In this document: positions 26,736 to 40,200 of the stretch, piece after piece | Layout of the letters: the number at the start of each line of letters is the position of its first letter | Position numbering within the stretch: the first letter of the stretch is position 1 | DNA from: Oopsacas minuta | Lineage: Eukaryota; Animalia; Porifera | Assembly: GCA_024704765.1 (NCBI GenBank) | Contig: JAKMXF010000066.1 | Location: 1,299,883-1,363,882 of the forward strand | Reading direction: 5' to 3' | Length of the DNA stretch: 64,000 nt | The notes under the pieces: model-generated | The model's database searches: none | The model's input: only the letters and a program-made list of their open reading frames with translations | What the model was told of the DNA's origin: nothing | Program-made: the position numbers and the translations under genes

Positions 26736-27527
26736 TTAATATGCATGGCATGGATACATGGAGTTTATCATTGAAGATTTTACTTGTTTAAGAGTTTGGT
26801 AATGTTCTTCCTCTCCCATAGAGCTAACAGAACTATTCCTTGAGCTTCCCAAAGAGTTGCAACGATTATTAAATGTAGGAGAAGGAGGCATTGATAATGA
26901 TGTAGAGTTTTCAATTCTTTGATAGGAGTTATTTTGTTTGATAATCCTTTTAAAGTATTTGTTGAAGTGGGAAATTCCGTATTTTATCGAAAAATCTTTG
27001 GTGTTTTGTTTATTCAAATGTGGAGCAGTATTTGCTTTATTTGTCTTGGGTTTCATGAAATATCTATGCTTTTTGTGGTTGGTTGTATTAAGGATAGTGA
27101 CGTATTCCAAGCTAGCTATCTTGATATAACTCGTTATTTCAACCATTTTTGCACTAAAGTATTGAGCTTCGAAATCGCATATAAAATTAATTCCCATTAA
27201 TTGATCCACATTTAACAGATGGAACTTTCTAGATACCCACATGTAGTCAGCATAGTTCGTCAATTCACACTCCCATATAATTCTATCAGCATCTATCAAC
27301 ACGAGAATGAATGTATTCAGTTGGAAGTCATGCGTTAAACAGAGAGCTCCTGTACCTACTATCTGCCAATCCTGTTCTGATTTCGAAGTGACGTATATCT
27401 GTGCGTATGTTGTGCAAATAGATATTCTATTTTCTCCCAGTATATCCTTGATTTTTTTATTTTCTGTCTTTAATAAGACATGACTTGGGTCATTCTTCAC
27501 CATAGAATTATTCATATTCTTTCTCAT
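26736..27527 (-). CDS. Second WH1-only paralog, single exon, 263 aa
   Basis: WH1 region is nearly identical to the 24239 gene; the C-terminal half is divergent but ends in a similar YQTL...PCHA motif. Confidence 0.8.
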   Translation of the reverse strand: MRKNMNNSMVKNDPSHVLLKTENKKIKDILGENRISICTTYAQIYVTSKSEQDWQIVGTGALCLTHDFQLNTFILVLIDADRIIWECELTNYADYMWVSRKFHLLNVDQLMGINFICDFEAQYFSAKMVEITSYIKIASLEYVTILNTTNHKKHRYFMKPKTNKANTAPHLNKQNTKDFSIKYGISHFNKYFKRIIKQNNSYQRIENSTSLSMPPSPTFNNRCNSLGSSRNSSVSSMGEEEHYQTLKQVKSSMINSMYPCHAY

Positions 27528-29265
27528 GGTATATATTAATAATTTCCTAGACAGATCTCTTATTTATACTTGTATTATTAACTACATAGAATTACCTCAA
27601 TTGAGATAGAATTTCCCTGAAACCTTTCAATTTATTGAACTCTATTCTCTACCCACAGATGATTTAACCCTGAGTATACAGGTTAGTTTGCAAAAATTTT
27701 ATGGTAATTTTTTTATTATTTAGAATAATCCTATTTTAATATTATGATGTATAGATGTTATTTTCAGTTGACGTAATACTTTGTATTTCTAAAATTATCA
27801 CATAAAAAGCATCAAGATTATAATCATAAATATAATTGGTAATATATCTGTGTAGCTCTATCCCAGATTTCATAGACGTAGGTATTTTCATGCTAACGTT
27901 AGTATTACAAAATTATATTGTGGCTATATATTTCATATTAATATGAGGCTATGTAATATTACTGTATTCGGATTATCCCTTAACTCATGTTAATATTTGT
28001 GTATAATTCTGCATGTGCTTTGTATTACAGAATTATATCGTGACATAACGTGATTATAATAATATCAGTTGTAAGGCAATTGTTCTGTCAGGTAAACAAG
28101 GCTTGTTTATTCTATAAGTTTCATGTTACAATTTATTGAATTATCCCTTAATAATGATATTGTCAGGGTTTATTTACCTAAAAGGATTAATCTATTTATC
28201 AAGTCATATGTATTCAATGTTAGACTTACGTATTTAATACAAAGTTTCATTAATTTTACCTCATAACACTAATATTTCCTGGGGAAAAAGGTATCACTGT
28301 CATTCATAACGAAATTAATTAACACACGAACTTATGATTATGTATACTTTTATCTGCTAGTTTTCTTCCCTTTTGCACAATATTCAGAATAGTATTTGGG
28401 GGTGAAAACACTATTTAGACTACTGGTATACATTATCAGACATGTGAATTGTGGAGTATGACCGTTATTATTAATGGTCATACTCCACAATTCATTTCCA
28501 AGAGAACAAACCAAAATATCCAAATATTTTAGAGTATACGTATGTAGATTCTTGAACTCTGTTTCTGAAGGTATCAACTAATCCCACACTTGCTGGATTT
28601 TATGAATTTATTGAGTGTCATTAATTTTTGTCTTTATTGCAGGCTGTTGTAAGGCATATCAGCTGTTGATTTTTGGAATTCGAATTTTTCAAATACGCAA
28701 ACGAAAATTTTAGTAAGTTCTTCTTAAAACTGCTTCAGATTATTAAGTATACGGATGTGGTTAGTGTTCTAATAAATCTTAATTAATTCTTATTTATTAA
28801 TTACTACAATTGAATAATTTGATACTTGTAGTTAATTGTTAAATGTGTTTGAATAAGTTGGCGTTCGAATTTTCGCGAAAAGTTGAGACTTTTCACAAAA
28901 TTATTAAATTTGTAACAAGGGAAACTTATGTCCTCTTTCATTATTTACAAAACAATTTCAAAAATGTCAAGGAATTTTACATATGCTGCGTCATCAACAC
29001 CTTGTAATTTTCAAAAAATAAACAATTAAAGAAATATGTCCTAATATATTGGTGGATAATCTAGTAAGTTATACAAGAATGAATATTTAGTACTCTATAT
29101 GTCATTACATCATATTTATTTACATAACTTTATGCATACAAATTCTTGATCTTATTACATTATGCACATCAAAGTACAATATAATATGTAACCTGTGATT
29201 ATTGGATTTAGTGAATAATAATCAAGACCCTAAATTGAATATTTATTACAGAAGAACGAGGTATG

Positions 29266-29270
<5 letters not shown>

Positions 29271-29294
<24 letters not shown>
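29271..29294. repeat. (ATT)8 microsatellite
   Basis: Read directly from the sequence. Confidence 0.95.
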
Positions 29295-29296
<2 letters not shown>

Positions 29297-31284
29297 ACTA
29301 AAGAGTATATGTAGAAGATTTAATAGTAGTAGGCAATAACAAAATATCTTTCGCTTTTTCTCTTAAAGTGCGGAATTTGGCAGTGGGTCAATGGGGAGAG
29401 ATTCTCATTTAATCTGAGGGCATGCATAAATGCGCTTTGGAATGGTGTTGCATTTCTGTAGGAATCTTGAAATTAATGCCAAACGTCAACAAAGTTTGTA
29501 AGGTTACTGCCATGTGTTTTGAGATAGTATGTTTTATGAAAATGTTTGGAGGACTAAATGGGTGAAGACTAGAGGTCCTGGCTGTTGGATTGTGTGAGGG
29601 ATAGTCGTGGATAAAGGTCGATATGGTGTTTTGATTTTTCCAGTGGGGTGTCTAGATACTCGCAAATGTGACAAGAATGGTTTCTATAGGTTGTGGCTGC
29701 TAGTTTTATGGTTCCTCCTTGATCAAGCAGCGTGACCCGGTGGCATCGTAAATATTTGGAATGTCGAACGTGGCTAAGGATGGGAGTGGTTTTAGCGTTA
29801 CTGTTGGCTATGTCCATATATAGAGTTCTCTAGGACTACTTCATGTGTGCAATTTTAATGAGATACGGATTTTTTGTTCTGAAGTTGAATTATCGAGGAG
29901 AACTTCTGGGATTGGCTTATCAGCTGGTTCCAGGTAGGCTGCTAGGGAAGTGTCCACTAAGGGCTCCTTAAGATTGTTATGGATTGCTTACCAAATTTGT
30001 TGACACAAAAGAGGCTAATTCTGTGTGTTGTCAAATATACAAATACATTGCCAAGGTAGACAAACATACTTTTTGTTTTTCAACCCTTCTCTAGACTCTC
30101 TGGAGCGAGGTAGAAAACTCAACCGATAATAAATATATATTTGTTAATTCGATGGCTAGCATTGATCCGTTCCTAGAAAATTGTATGAATAGGTGAACCA
30201 CGATTAACTTGTGACCCAATTAACGTTGTTATGTTGAGAGTTCTGTAATATTATACCTGTACTCACCTGCGTAGCTACACTGTGGTGTGAATTCTCTAAG
30301 TTATCTACGTACGTAACTTATCTATTGTGGCCATCTAGAAAATCATACAATGTACAAGTAGGAAGGAATTATCGCATATTTTCTCTGAAATAGACAGCTA
30401 GTATATTTGAATAGTATTACTTTTAAATAGAAAGTATTGTGCAGCTGAGCATTAGCTTGACTGGTTCCTCCGGCTTTGCATGTACGTATAATTATCAAAA
30501 TATATATTTAAACCTGATTTTTTGGGTTATTGAACTTATGAATATACATTCCTTATAGATTAAAGTTCAATCTCAAAGCATATTTTCTTCTTTGAGATCC
30601 TTCAATATGGCAACTAATAATGTCAAAGATCTTGGTATGTTGAATTATAATGTGATAATTCCTGATTGATACATCTAAAGTTATATACATATAAGTAGAA
30701 CTCAGTAAATTCAAACTTACTCGTCTTAAGATGTACTTTCGGTTAGTACGTACTAATCTTTGTTCCAGAGGGGGTCTTAAATGTGTTCTAGTATAAGTAA
30801 TGGGATAATTAAATAGTTCAAACTATACGTGTGAATTCATAGTTAATAATTGTGTTCCCCGCAAAGTTGGAACAGATGCATTGTGTGGTTTAAACTGGTT
30901 ATCTTTCCTACCTATTTCGACAATGATAACTATCGAATTACTCCCAAATGGCATGTCTGATACTAATACAAGGTTAAGTTATTCACCTCAACCCAATACT
31001 GAAGCAAATGCAGAAATACAACAGTAAACTCATTTTCATTAACTAGTCGATAATAATCTTTCTAACCATTCCAATACCGTTTGAAATTGACCAAGCAACA
31101 ACGAGAGGGAAGTCAAGCATTGAAACAACTCACTAATAGTATGTCTGACATTAATCTAAGGGAAAATATCTCAATAGAAATATTCTAACTTGGGTGCATC
31201 AGTGGAATATTTCTACTTGGTGCAAATTCCTACTTTCCGCTCAACAATAGTATATAATACTAACTATTACTTTTAGCAACAAAA

Positions 31285-34200
31285 ATGCTTGGACGACAGC
31301 CAACTCATGTGGATGTTTCTGACTCAATCCTACAGAAAGGTGAGATTAGAATACTCCAGGATAAACTTTTGGGAATGTTAAAATATTATTTGATAATAGT
31401 ATATGGGTCAAACTTTATTTATATATCAGATCTCCAAAGTCCAGTTGCATTAAAGAAATATCTACCAAAAAATGTGTTGAAAACCTTTGATCCACATTAT
31501 TCCGATATAAAAATTAAAGAGCTTTTTGATTCACCTAATACTCACGTTTTTCAGGCTGCACTAAGAACTCCATGGTTGAAAAATTATCCTCCATTCAATA
31601 ATTCATCAATGGCAGAAATACTTATCTATGCCATGTTAAACTCGCCTACTAACCTTCCCATAATAGAATGCCTCATGCATTCCCACTCAGAGAGCCTTGA
31701 TTGGAGTTATTTAGATAGCAATAATAACTCAATTTTCCATATCGCTCTATTACAAAATTCTCTTAGTAATGAAAAAATTCTAGAATTGCTTCAACTGAAA
31801 GACAATAAGCTAGAAACACACATCAATCATGTCAATATACAAAACGAAACACTGCTTTCCATTTCACTCAAAGGAAATTATTCTGAAACACGTCAAATAA
31901 TTACTGAAGCATTATTGAATGCTGGTGCATGCATTTTTATTCAAAAGGAAGATTTTTACGTTTTACCAAACTTCGATGTAAGTGTAGGTCATTTGAATCA
32001 ACATGTAGCTATTTTAGTTAACACACCAATAGGGAACAGTAGCATTTTAACACTCCTTGACAAGCCTAACGAAATACGATACTTCAAAAATGACTTTGTG
32101 ACATTCAAAAGGTACGATCTCCATAAAAACGAGAACTTTGATTTCCTAAAACTTATCTTAGAGTTTCCTTGCCCTACTCTATTGCAGGTTGTATTATATA
32201 ACATTATAGTCAGCATTAACCAAAACTTAGAATGCGGCAGCAGTTTGTTACATTTAGCTGCTGAATTTGGTCATCCCTTAATGCTACTCACAGTACTTTC
32301 CAGAGAATATATAGACATTTGCCTAACAGAACACAGAACTAATAACAATGCATTTCACAAAGCTATGCTTGGAAAAAACGGTAATAATCTTGAAATGTTG
32401 CTTAAACACAAGGATACGAAAATCACCACTTGTCTGAACGCTAAAAACAGTGATAATTTGACTCCATTAGAGCTAGCTATTAGTATTGAATTCTATGCTG
32501 GAATATCTCTTATCTTAGAAAATAATGTTACCCTACGTACAGAAGCATGGTTACAAAATGTGTCAAATGCGATTAAAGATAAAAGGATCGAAATTTTGAA
32601 AATATTCCTGAATTTTTTTGCCTATCATACCTCAGCTAACAAACCACTTCATGAGTTATTTAATTCACATAATCACTCCATCCTTCACATAGCTGTATTA
32701 CATTATCACGAAGAATGCTTCGTGCTTGTTATGCAAAAATATCTGGAAAATAATCTTTTGAAACAAGAATTTACTCAATTACGCTTCAGTCTTGAATGTC
32801 AACAGTTTGCTGCCACAGAGAAATTTTTGAGAGCAGGTGCTTGTAATTTAATCCAAGGTTACTCGTGTTATTTCCATATTGTAAGATGTTGTCACGATGA
32901 AGTTATTTTGGATCGATTATTTAATATTCTTCATCCGTTTCCAACTTACAATCAAGATGAGCAAATGTTCGATCATGAGCACAATACACTGTTTCATTAC
33001 AGTATCAAATGTAAGAATGGCGTAGCAGTTAAATTATTAGGGACAAATACTCCATTTTCACAACTTTCTGAACGTGAGACTACTGGAAATTCGGTCCTAC
33101 ATACTATCGCGTGTATCAACAGTTTGGGAGTGACACAAAAATTTGTATCCGTCTTGCAAGAACACAGGTTAACCCATGGTTACTTGGAGTTTATTAATTT
33201 ACAAGACACTAGTAATATGTATTCTGCATTGATGATAGCAGCTCTTGAAAATAATCTATCAATTTTTAATGTATTAATAAAAGAGAATGCGTCTCTTGAT
33301 TTAGTTGACAGGAATAATAACACTGTACTTCATATTATCGTGGAGAGAGGAAATCTTGAATTTTTCAAGATTGTTATGAACACCATTGACAATTCAAATA
33401 TTATACCTCTACGATATCTATACAATACACTAAACCATAATGACGTTTCACCAATCGAAAAGGCTGTGTTAAATGCGGAGATAGAAATTCTTGAATCATT
33501 TCGGAAAAATCATAGTCTTGACAATAAGAATAGCGTGACAGGACTATCTCTTCTGCACCTTGCTGTTCTTATTAAGGATCTCGAATTTAAGACACGTGAA
33601 GAGCTAATTGACGTTTTGTTAACAGAGAAATCTCTCCTTGAAATCAAAGATAGTAAAGGTAGAACTCCAACAAATCTCTCTATTTCTGAAAGATATGTAG
33701 ATTCTTTGAAAATTTTGTTAACATTTGATCCTGATTTATCCGCCATCGATAACGAAAGCTTTACAATACTGCATAAAGCAGTCAAGCATTATGAAAAGGA
33801 CATTTTTACTATCCTAATATCACATATAACCAGTAGCCACAGTAGGAATATTTTACAGTCCAAAGATTGTGATGCTTTCCACTTTGCCATAAAATGTCTT
33901 AAATATGAACCTATCGAGCAATTATTGGAACAACAACCCTCTCTCATGAGTACTGAAATCGAAGGCAATACAGTTATCCATACAGCTTGTGAATTTCCCA
34001 ATGCAATTAATATTCTTATACTATTGCTAAAATACGTTCAACTGCAGGGACTGACCAGTTTATTAACAAAACTCAATAATAATCAATTGACTCCACTTCT
34101 ATTTGCAATTTATCACAAAAACAAGGATGCGTGCCAGGAATTGATCAAACAAAAAGCTAATTTATCCTACTCAATCACAAATGGTACACAAGTATTTCAT

Positions 34201-37200
34201 GATATTGTCAACGACTCTAAGTTACTATTTTGTGAATATAAGAACGAATTGTATATCGGATACTCATTTAGTCAGAAAAATATCCATCGGATACTTTCTC
34301 CATTGAATGACCTAACTAATGCAGTTATTCACACGAATTCTACAATAAAAATTGTAAAAAATGTAAATACGAAATTGATTGAGGCAACCATCATACAACC
34401 ATCTTCCCAGCTTCTTCAGATTCTCCTTTCTCAAGTAAGTGCGACTTTGAAAAATGAAAATTTAAAAACCACAATATATATCCCAGCAGTGAGAATAGGA
34501 TCTATTCGTGTCATTAACTATCTTATCCAAGAGAAAATCACTGTTCAGGATTACTTCAACATCGACAACGGCAGTTTATTGTATGAATCAATCAAACATA
34601 GAAATGAAGAAGTTTTTATACAATTATGTGAACATGTAGTGAATCAAAGAAGTGCCAGCTTTCAGAAGGTTGGAGGAATACTTCTCCAAATTCAGTCCAC
34701 TCATCCACTGCTTTTATGTATAGACTTAAACAAACCGAAAATTTTCAATTATCTTTTGGATGAAAAGTTCCAATTTTCACTCACTTTCTTACAACATCAG
34801 GACAATACCATAATACATTTGATCCTAAACAGTAACAATAGAAATGTATTTCTGAGGTTATTCATTGAACGAATTCAAAGTAACAAATTGATACTGTCTC
34901 TTAACAATACTCCTCTAGTCGATTGTTATACAAAAAATTCAAAAATTACTCCTTTACATCTCTGTGCACAATACTTTCCAGAATGCTTAAGCATGATATT
35001 AGAGCTGAATCCTGATCCAACCATAGCTGATAGTTCAGGTAATACAGCATTGCATTTAGCTGTAAATGCTGACAGTCTTAACAGTACGAAACTAATTCTC
35101 GATCAGTATAAGAATACAAGTGGATTAAGCGAGATGGTCAATGCCACGAATTTGATGGGACTCACGCCTCTCCACAACGCTGTAGATAAGGCCTCTGAAG
35201 ATATCGTGAGGTTGCTACTTGATAACAATGCAAACATCTACGCTATTGACGAAGATAAACGAACTGTATTCCACCATAGCGTTTTCATTAAAGATAGGAA
35301 TAAATCAGTTTCGATAATGAAAATACTCTTGGAATATAATTCATTGAATCAACAACAAAGTACTGGTCTTGTGCGGGGAGTAGACTCAGAGAGATGTACT
35401 GCACTTCATTTAGCGATAAAATGCCAAAATTTGAAGGTAATTGAATATTTATTGGAACAACCAATAGACATCTCTATTACAAACTGTGATGAAAACACAA
35501 TACTACACTTAGCAGTGATGGTAAAATATACAGATTTAGTTGTGAAGTCAATATTGAGGGCTGTTTTTGAGGGATCATTGAAGAATATTCATAATATATC
35601 CTCTACTGACTTTATTAACATGCGAAATTCGCAGGGAAAATCAGCCTTAAGTTTGTCTATGGAATGTGCAGATCTAAATAAAATAGAAAGTATACTAGCT
35701 TATGAGCCTCGACTTGATTCTACAGATATGGATGGGAACTCTCCATTGCATATTGTAGTGCAATTTAACAGTATTAAATGCTTGAATACACTATTGAAAA
35801 AAATAAAATCGCGAAACTCGCAAAGCATTATGAGATTCTTGAACGCCGTTAATAATAAAGGTCTTTCCCCACTTCACCATGCCATAGCATGCAATAATTA
35901 TGAATCAGCAGAAATTCTTTGTAATGAAGGTGCTCAGCTATCTCTTACATCACCAAATGGGACCACAACATTATGCCACGGTATAGATGGTCTCAAATTG
36001 AGATTTATGTGTATACAACCTGGCTATTTTAAGGAATATCAGTACTATATCTGTTATACTAGAGATACTAGAAATAGTATTGTTATTGCTTCTCTGTTAC
36101 CTGAATTGAGTACAAAAGTATTCCAGGATTCAGCTAAGCTTAAATTAGTTACGAAATTGCCAGAGCATGCAATACAGTTCATAATCAAATGTAGTTGTAC
36201 TGAACCTTTGGAGGCTTTAATAGCGAGCAAATTCCTTGACTTTTCGAAGGACAAAACCTGGGATCTATATTGGAAGGTTGCTGATAATTCGAGCATGCTT
36301 GTGACAAACTATCTCTTTCAAAATTATCCAGATAAGATGAAATGCTCTAAGAGTCTCAAAATGCTCGAAAAAGCCGTAATAATTAATGACAACACGAAAA
36401 TAATCGAGAACACCTTGAATAAGTTTCCACTACTTGATAAACTTGATGAACAAGAAATTCATTCAATACTCAAGACCGTCCTAGAACTCAGCATTTCTAA
36501 TGACTCAACAACAAATCTAAAGACTTTGTTAGCTCGAAGGGCAAAACTTAACTATTTATATGGAGATGAAAAGGATCAAACTATCTTACATATTATAGTT
36601 GAGAAAGACAAAAATATTGAATTCTTCACCTGTATCCTTGAGGAAATTTTTACAAGAGAAGAAGGTGAATTCCGTCAAAGCACATTTATAGATGGCAAAT
36701 CAATGATTGACCACCAAAATAACAAAGGTAAAACTGCACTTCATCTCTGTATAGAAAAGAAAAGACACGATTTGTTACGAATAATTCTCAAACATTGCCA
36801 AAAAATAATGTTGAAAGACTTGAATGATAATACAATTGTCCATCTAGCTGCAAGTACAGGAAATTTGTTGATAGCTAAGGAAATATTCCAGAAAATATCG
36901 ACAGATGAATATCCATATTATTTCGACTCCGAGAATATCCACGGTTGTACACCACTTCATTTGGCTACAAGTGTAGGTAGCAAAGATATTTGTAAAAACT
37001 TATTAGAGAAAGGAGCATCTCTATTCTCAATTGATAAAGATGATCGAACAATGTTTCATCATGCAATGCTTGTTGAAAATAAAGAGAATCGACTGGAAAC
37101 ACTAACCTTCCTTTTAGAAGAATTTCCTAACAAGAAAGATGATCGATCGAAGAACTTGTTAAGAAAACAAGATAGAGATGGATGTACTGCTCTACATAAT

Positions 37201-40200
37201 GCGGTAGAACATCAATACGAATCAGAAGTTGCTCTTCTTATAAAAGCAGACTCCTCTGTGATTGAATTATATGATAAAAACATGCATACACTGTTACATG
37301 CAGCAATAGCTCCAGAAATTGGTAGCCCTAAACTTTTCATTCCTAATGAGAGCATTTTTGTTGAAGTTTTCGAAATTCTCAACCTTAAACCTCGAGCCTA
37401 TGGCACGCATCAGCATGCAGTAATTTGTCAACAAGATATCCAAGGTAGAACTGCATTACATCTATCTATTGCATTTAATAACATTTTTGCCTTAAGAAAG
37501 ATCCTCTCAGTAAATCCTTGTCTTTTAATTTGTGATGAAGGCGGAAATTCAATCTTTCACGAAGCAGTAAAGAATACTGATGGTCAAGCTCTTAGAACTA
37601 TAATCCGACACATCAATACAGATGATGAAACTTTAGGGCAACTCTTTAGTACTATAAATTCACAGGGTTTACCTCCCTTGCATCTTGCAATATTACATGG
37701 AATTCTCCCTGCAATCGAATTGTTACTTGAGAAAAACGCAAGCTTATCTTTCGAAAATAGTTCTGGAGATATCACGTTATGTGACAATTTAGAAGGATTA
37801 GAACTTGAATTTTTGTTTGACACAAACTCTACTTATTACATCGGTTATCCAGTACTAAATGGCCCCAATCAATGTTGGGTTGTGACTGACTTACCAGGAC
37901 TCAGTAGGACCACTCTGACAGATCCTCAACATAAATTGATAAAACTCGATAGAAAGATCCAATTTGAAGATATAGGTATACTAACTGCTATATTAAAATG
38001 TCGTTCATACGAACCACTAGCAGCAGCTTTTAGGAAAAAATTCCTGATTGCGAATCAAAATGTTCAAACGAAAGCTTTACCATCAGTTGTAGGTGAGAAT
38101 GCTACACCTCAGGTGATGAGATATTTCCTCACTCAATTTGAGAGGGGATTTGTTTATTACAAAAATGGCGAGTGTCCTTCAATTATAGAATCAGCTGTTG
38201 CGAACAGCAATATTGAAACTCTAATCGTAGCAATCCAAGCATTACCCAATGACTTAAGTACAGAAACAGATTTGAACAAAGCGTGCCTAGATATTGTTGA
38301 TAATTTCAAAGATACATTACTACACATTGCTGTCAGGATATCTGGTAGTAATTGTGAAGAGTTGAATATTATTATTTCAAAACTTCAAGAATGTCATGAA
38401 GAAGACAAATCCTACTTTTATGCATTAAACCAAGAAGGCTATCCGCCTCTTCAACTTGCGATAGAATTGCAGAATAATCAAGCTGCTATAAAACTGGTTG
38501 AAGCATCTGCTGGATTATTGTTTCGTGATGAACAAAATCAAAGTGTACTCTCTTGTAGAAACAGTAAACTCAAGTTACGTCTTCTCCATTCGAAAGAAGT
38601 AACTTCTAATGAGATTCCTGTATTTTGGATTGGCTATCCTATTGAAATTGTTCGCAAAACTAATTGGATCGTTGCTCGTTTGCCCGACCTCGAGTTCACT
38701 GAATACATTGGAGAACAAAAGATAGAAAATGTAGACCAAATTAGTGACCAAGACTTGATTAATGCCATCTCCAAGTGCCATTCTTCAGATCCATTCAAGG
38801 CGGCCGAGGAATTAGGATTAATTGATAAAAATCCAAAAAATACTAAACATATTCAAAATGTCTTGAAGAATTCATCTAAGGAAGTTGCTGAATATTTTGT
38901 AGAACGTCTAAGATATGAAGTTTATGAAAGAATCGAAAACCAAAGTTCATTGATAGAATTCTCAGTAGAGAATCAAGATATTTCTGTCTTACATTTTCTC
39001 TTACAAAAACTCCCCAAAATTCCAGAATGGACTCCGAATATTGAGATATGTTTGAAAGGGGCACTCGAACAAAGTCTGAAAAATAGTACAGCGAATGCTT
39101 TTATACAGCTACTCAATTTCGGAGCAAACTTTAGACAAACTTATCGCGATGGAAACACACTCCTGCATTTGATAATTTCCAAAGCTAAAGACACTTCTTT
39201 TATTGATTCTCTATTGACACCTTGGAAAATGTGTCAAGTAGAAGAAAATCCTCGATTTATTGATGTACAAAATATTCATTGCATGACAGCTTTACACCTA
39301 GCTGTGAAGTTGAAAAACAAAGAGTTACTTTCAATACTGTTGACTTTCCAACCTTCACTGCTAATTCATGGTCCTGAAGGAAACACACCATTGCATTTAG
39401 CCATCGAGACGGATGATTTTGAGATTATAGAAGAAATAATTACCTATAGTAAAAGTAATTTAGAAATAATTAACGCGAAAAACGAGAAAATGCGTACTCC
39501 TCTTCATTTAGCCGTTAGGAAAGGACAGAATGTCACTAAACTACTCTTAAAATCAAAGCCTGACATTTATTCTCAAGATTGTGATCAAAACACTGTACTT
39601 CACCATGCTGTTGATTCTAAGAATAGAGGGATCATTGATATAATTTTAGATTTTGAAGCCAAAAACCACCCAAAAAAATGTAACCTCTATTCCATTCGCA
39701 ATGAGCTTTGCCAAACTCCCCTACACCTTGCTGTAACCAAATCGGATTTAGATGTGGTCACTCGATTGTTAGACTTCCCTTCTGTTCTTTCTACAACAGA
39801 CTGCAACACACAAACTCCTCTTCATCTAGCGGTTATCCACGAAAATGTATTCGAGGTTATTATCAATGCCACAATGCAATTTCAACAATCAAATGTCGTT
39901 GAAGTGTCGCACAAAAATCATATTATCAATTTACAAGATGTTAATGGAAAAACAGCATTACATCTTAGTATCGAACACGATCACAGTAAGGCTTTTGAAA
40001 GATTGTTAGCTGAGCAATGTCTACTAGATATTCTGGATAAATCTGGTAATAATATCTTACATTATTCCGTGAGAGCACGTTCTAACCCTACTTACCTGAA
40101 CACACTTATTCTTAAACTTCAAAATAGCTCCGAACATTATGTAATGTACACTCAAAAGAATAAAGATGGTCTACCTCCATTACATTATGCGATTACACAG

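Noticed and set aside
26736-26750. CaaX prenylation signal (CHAY*) in the WH1 paralog
   Set aside because: His is not aliphatic, and the other paralog ends PCHA* with Cys at the wrong position.
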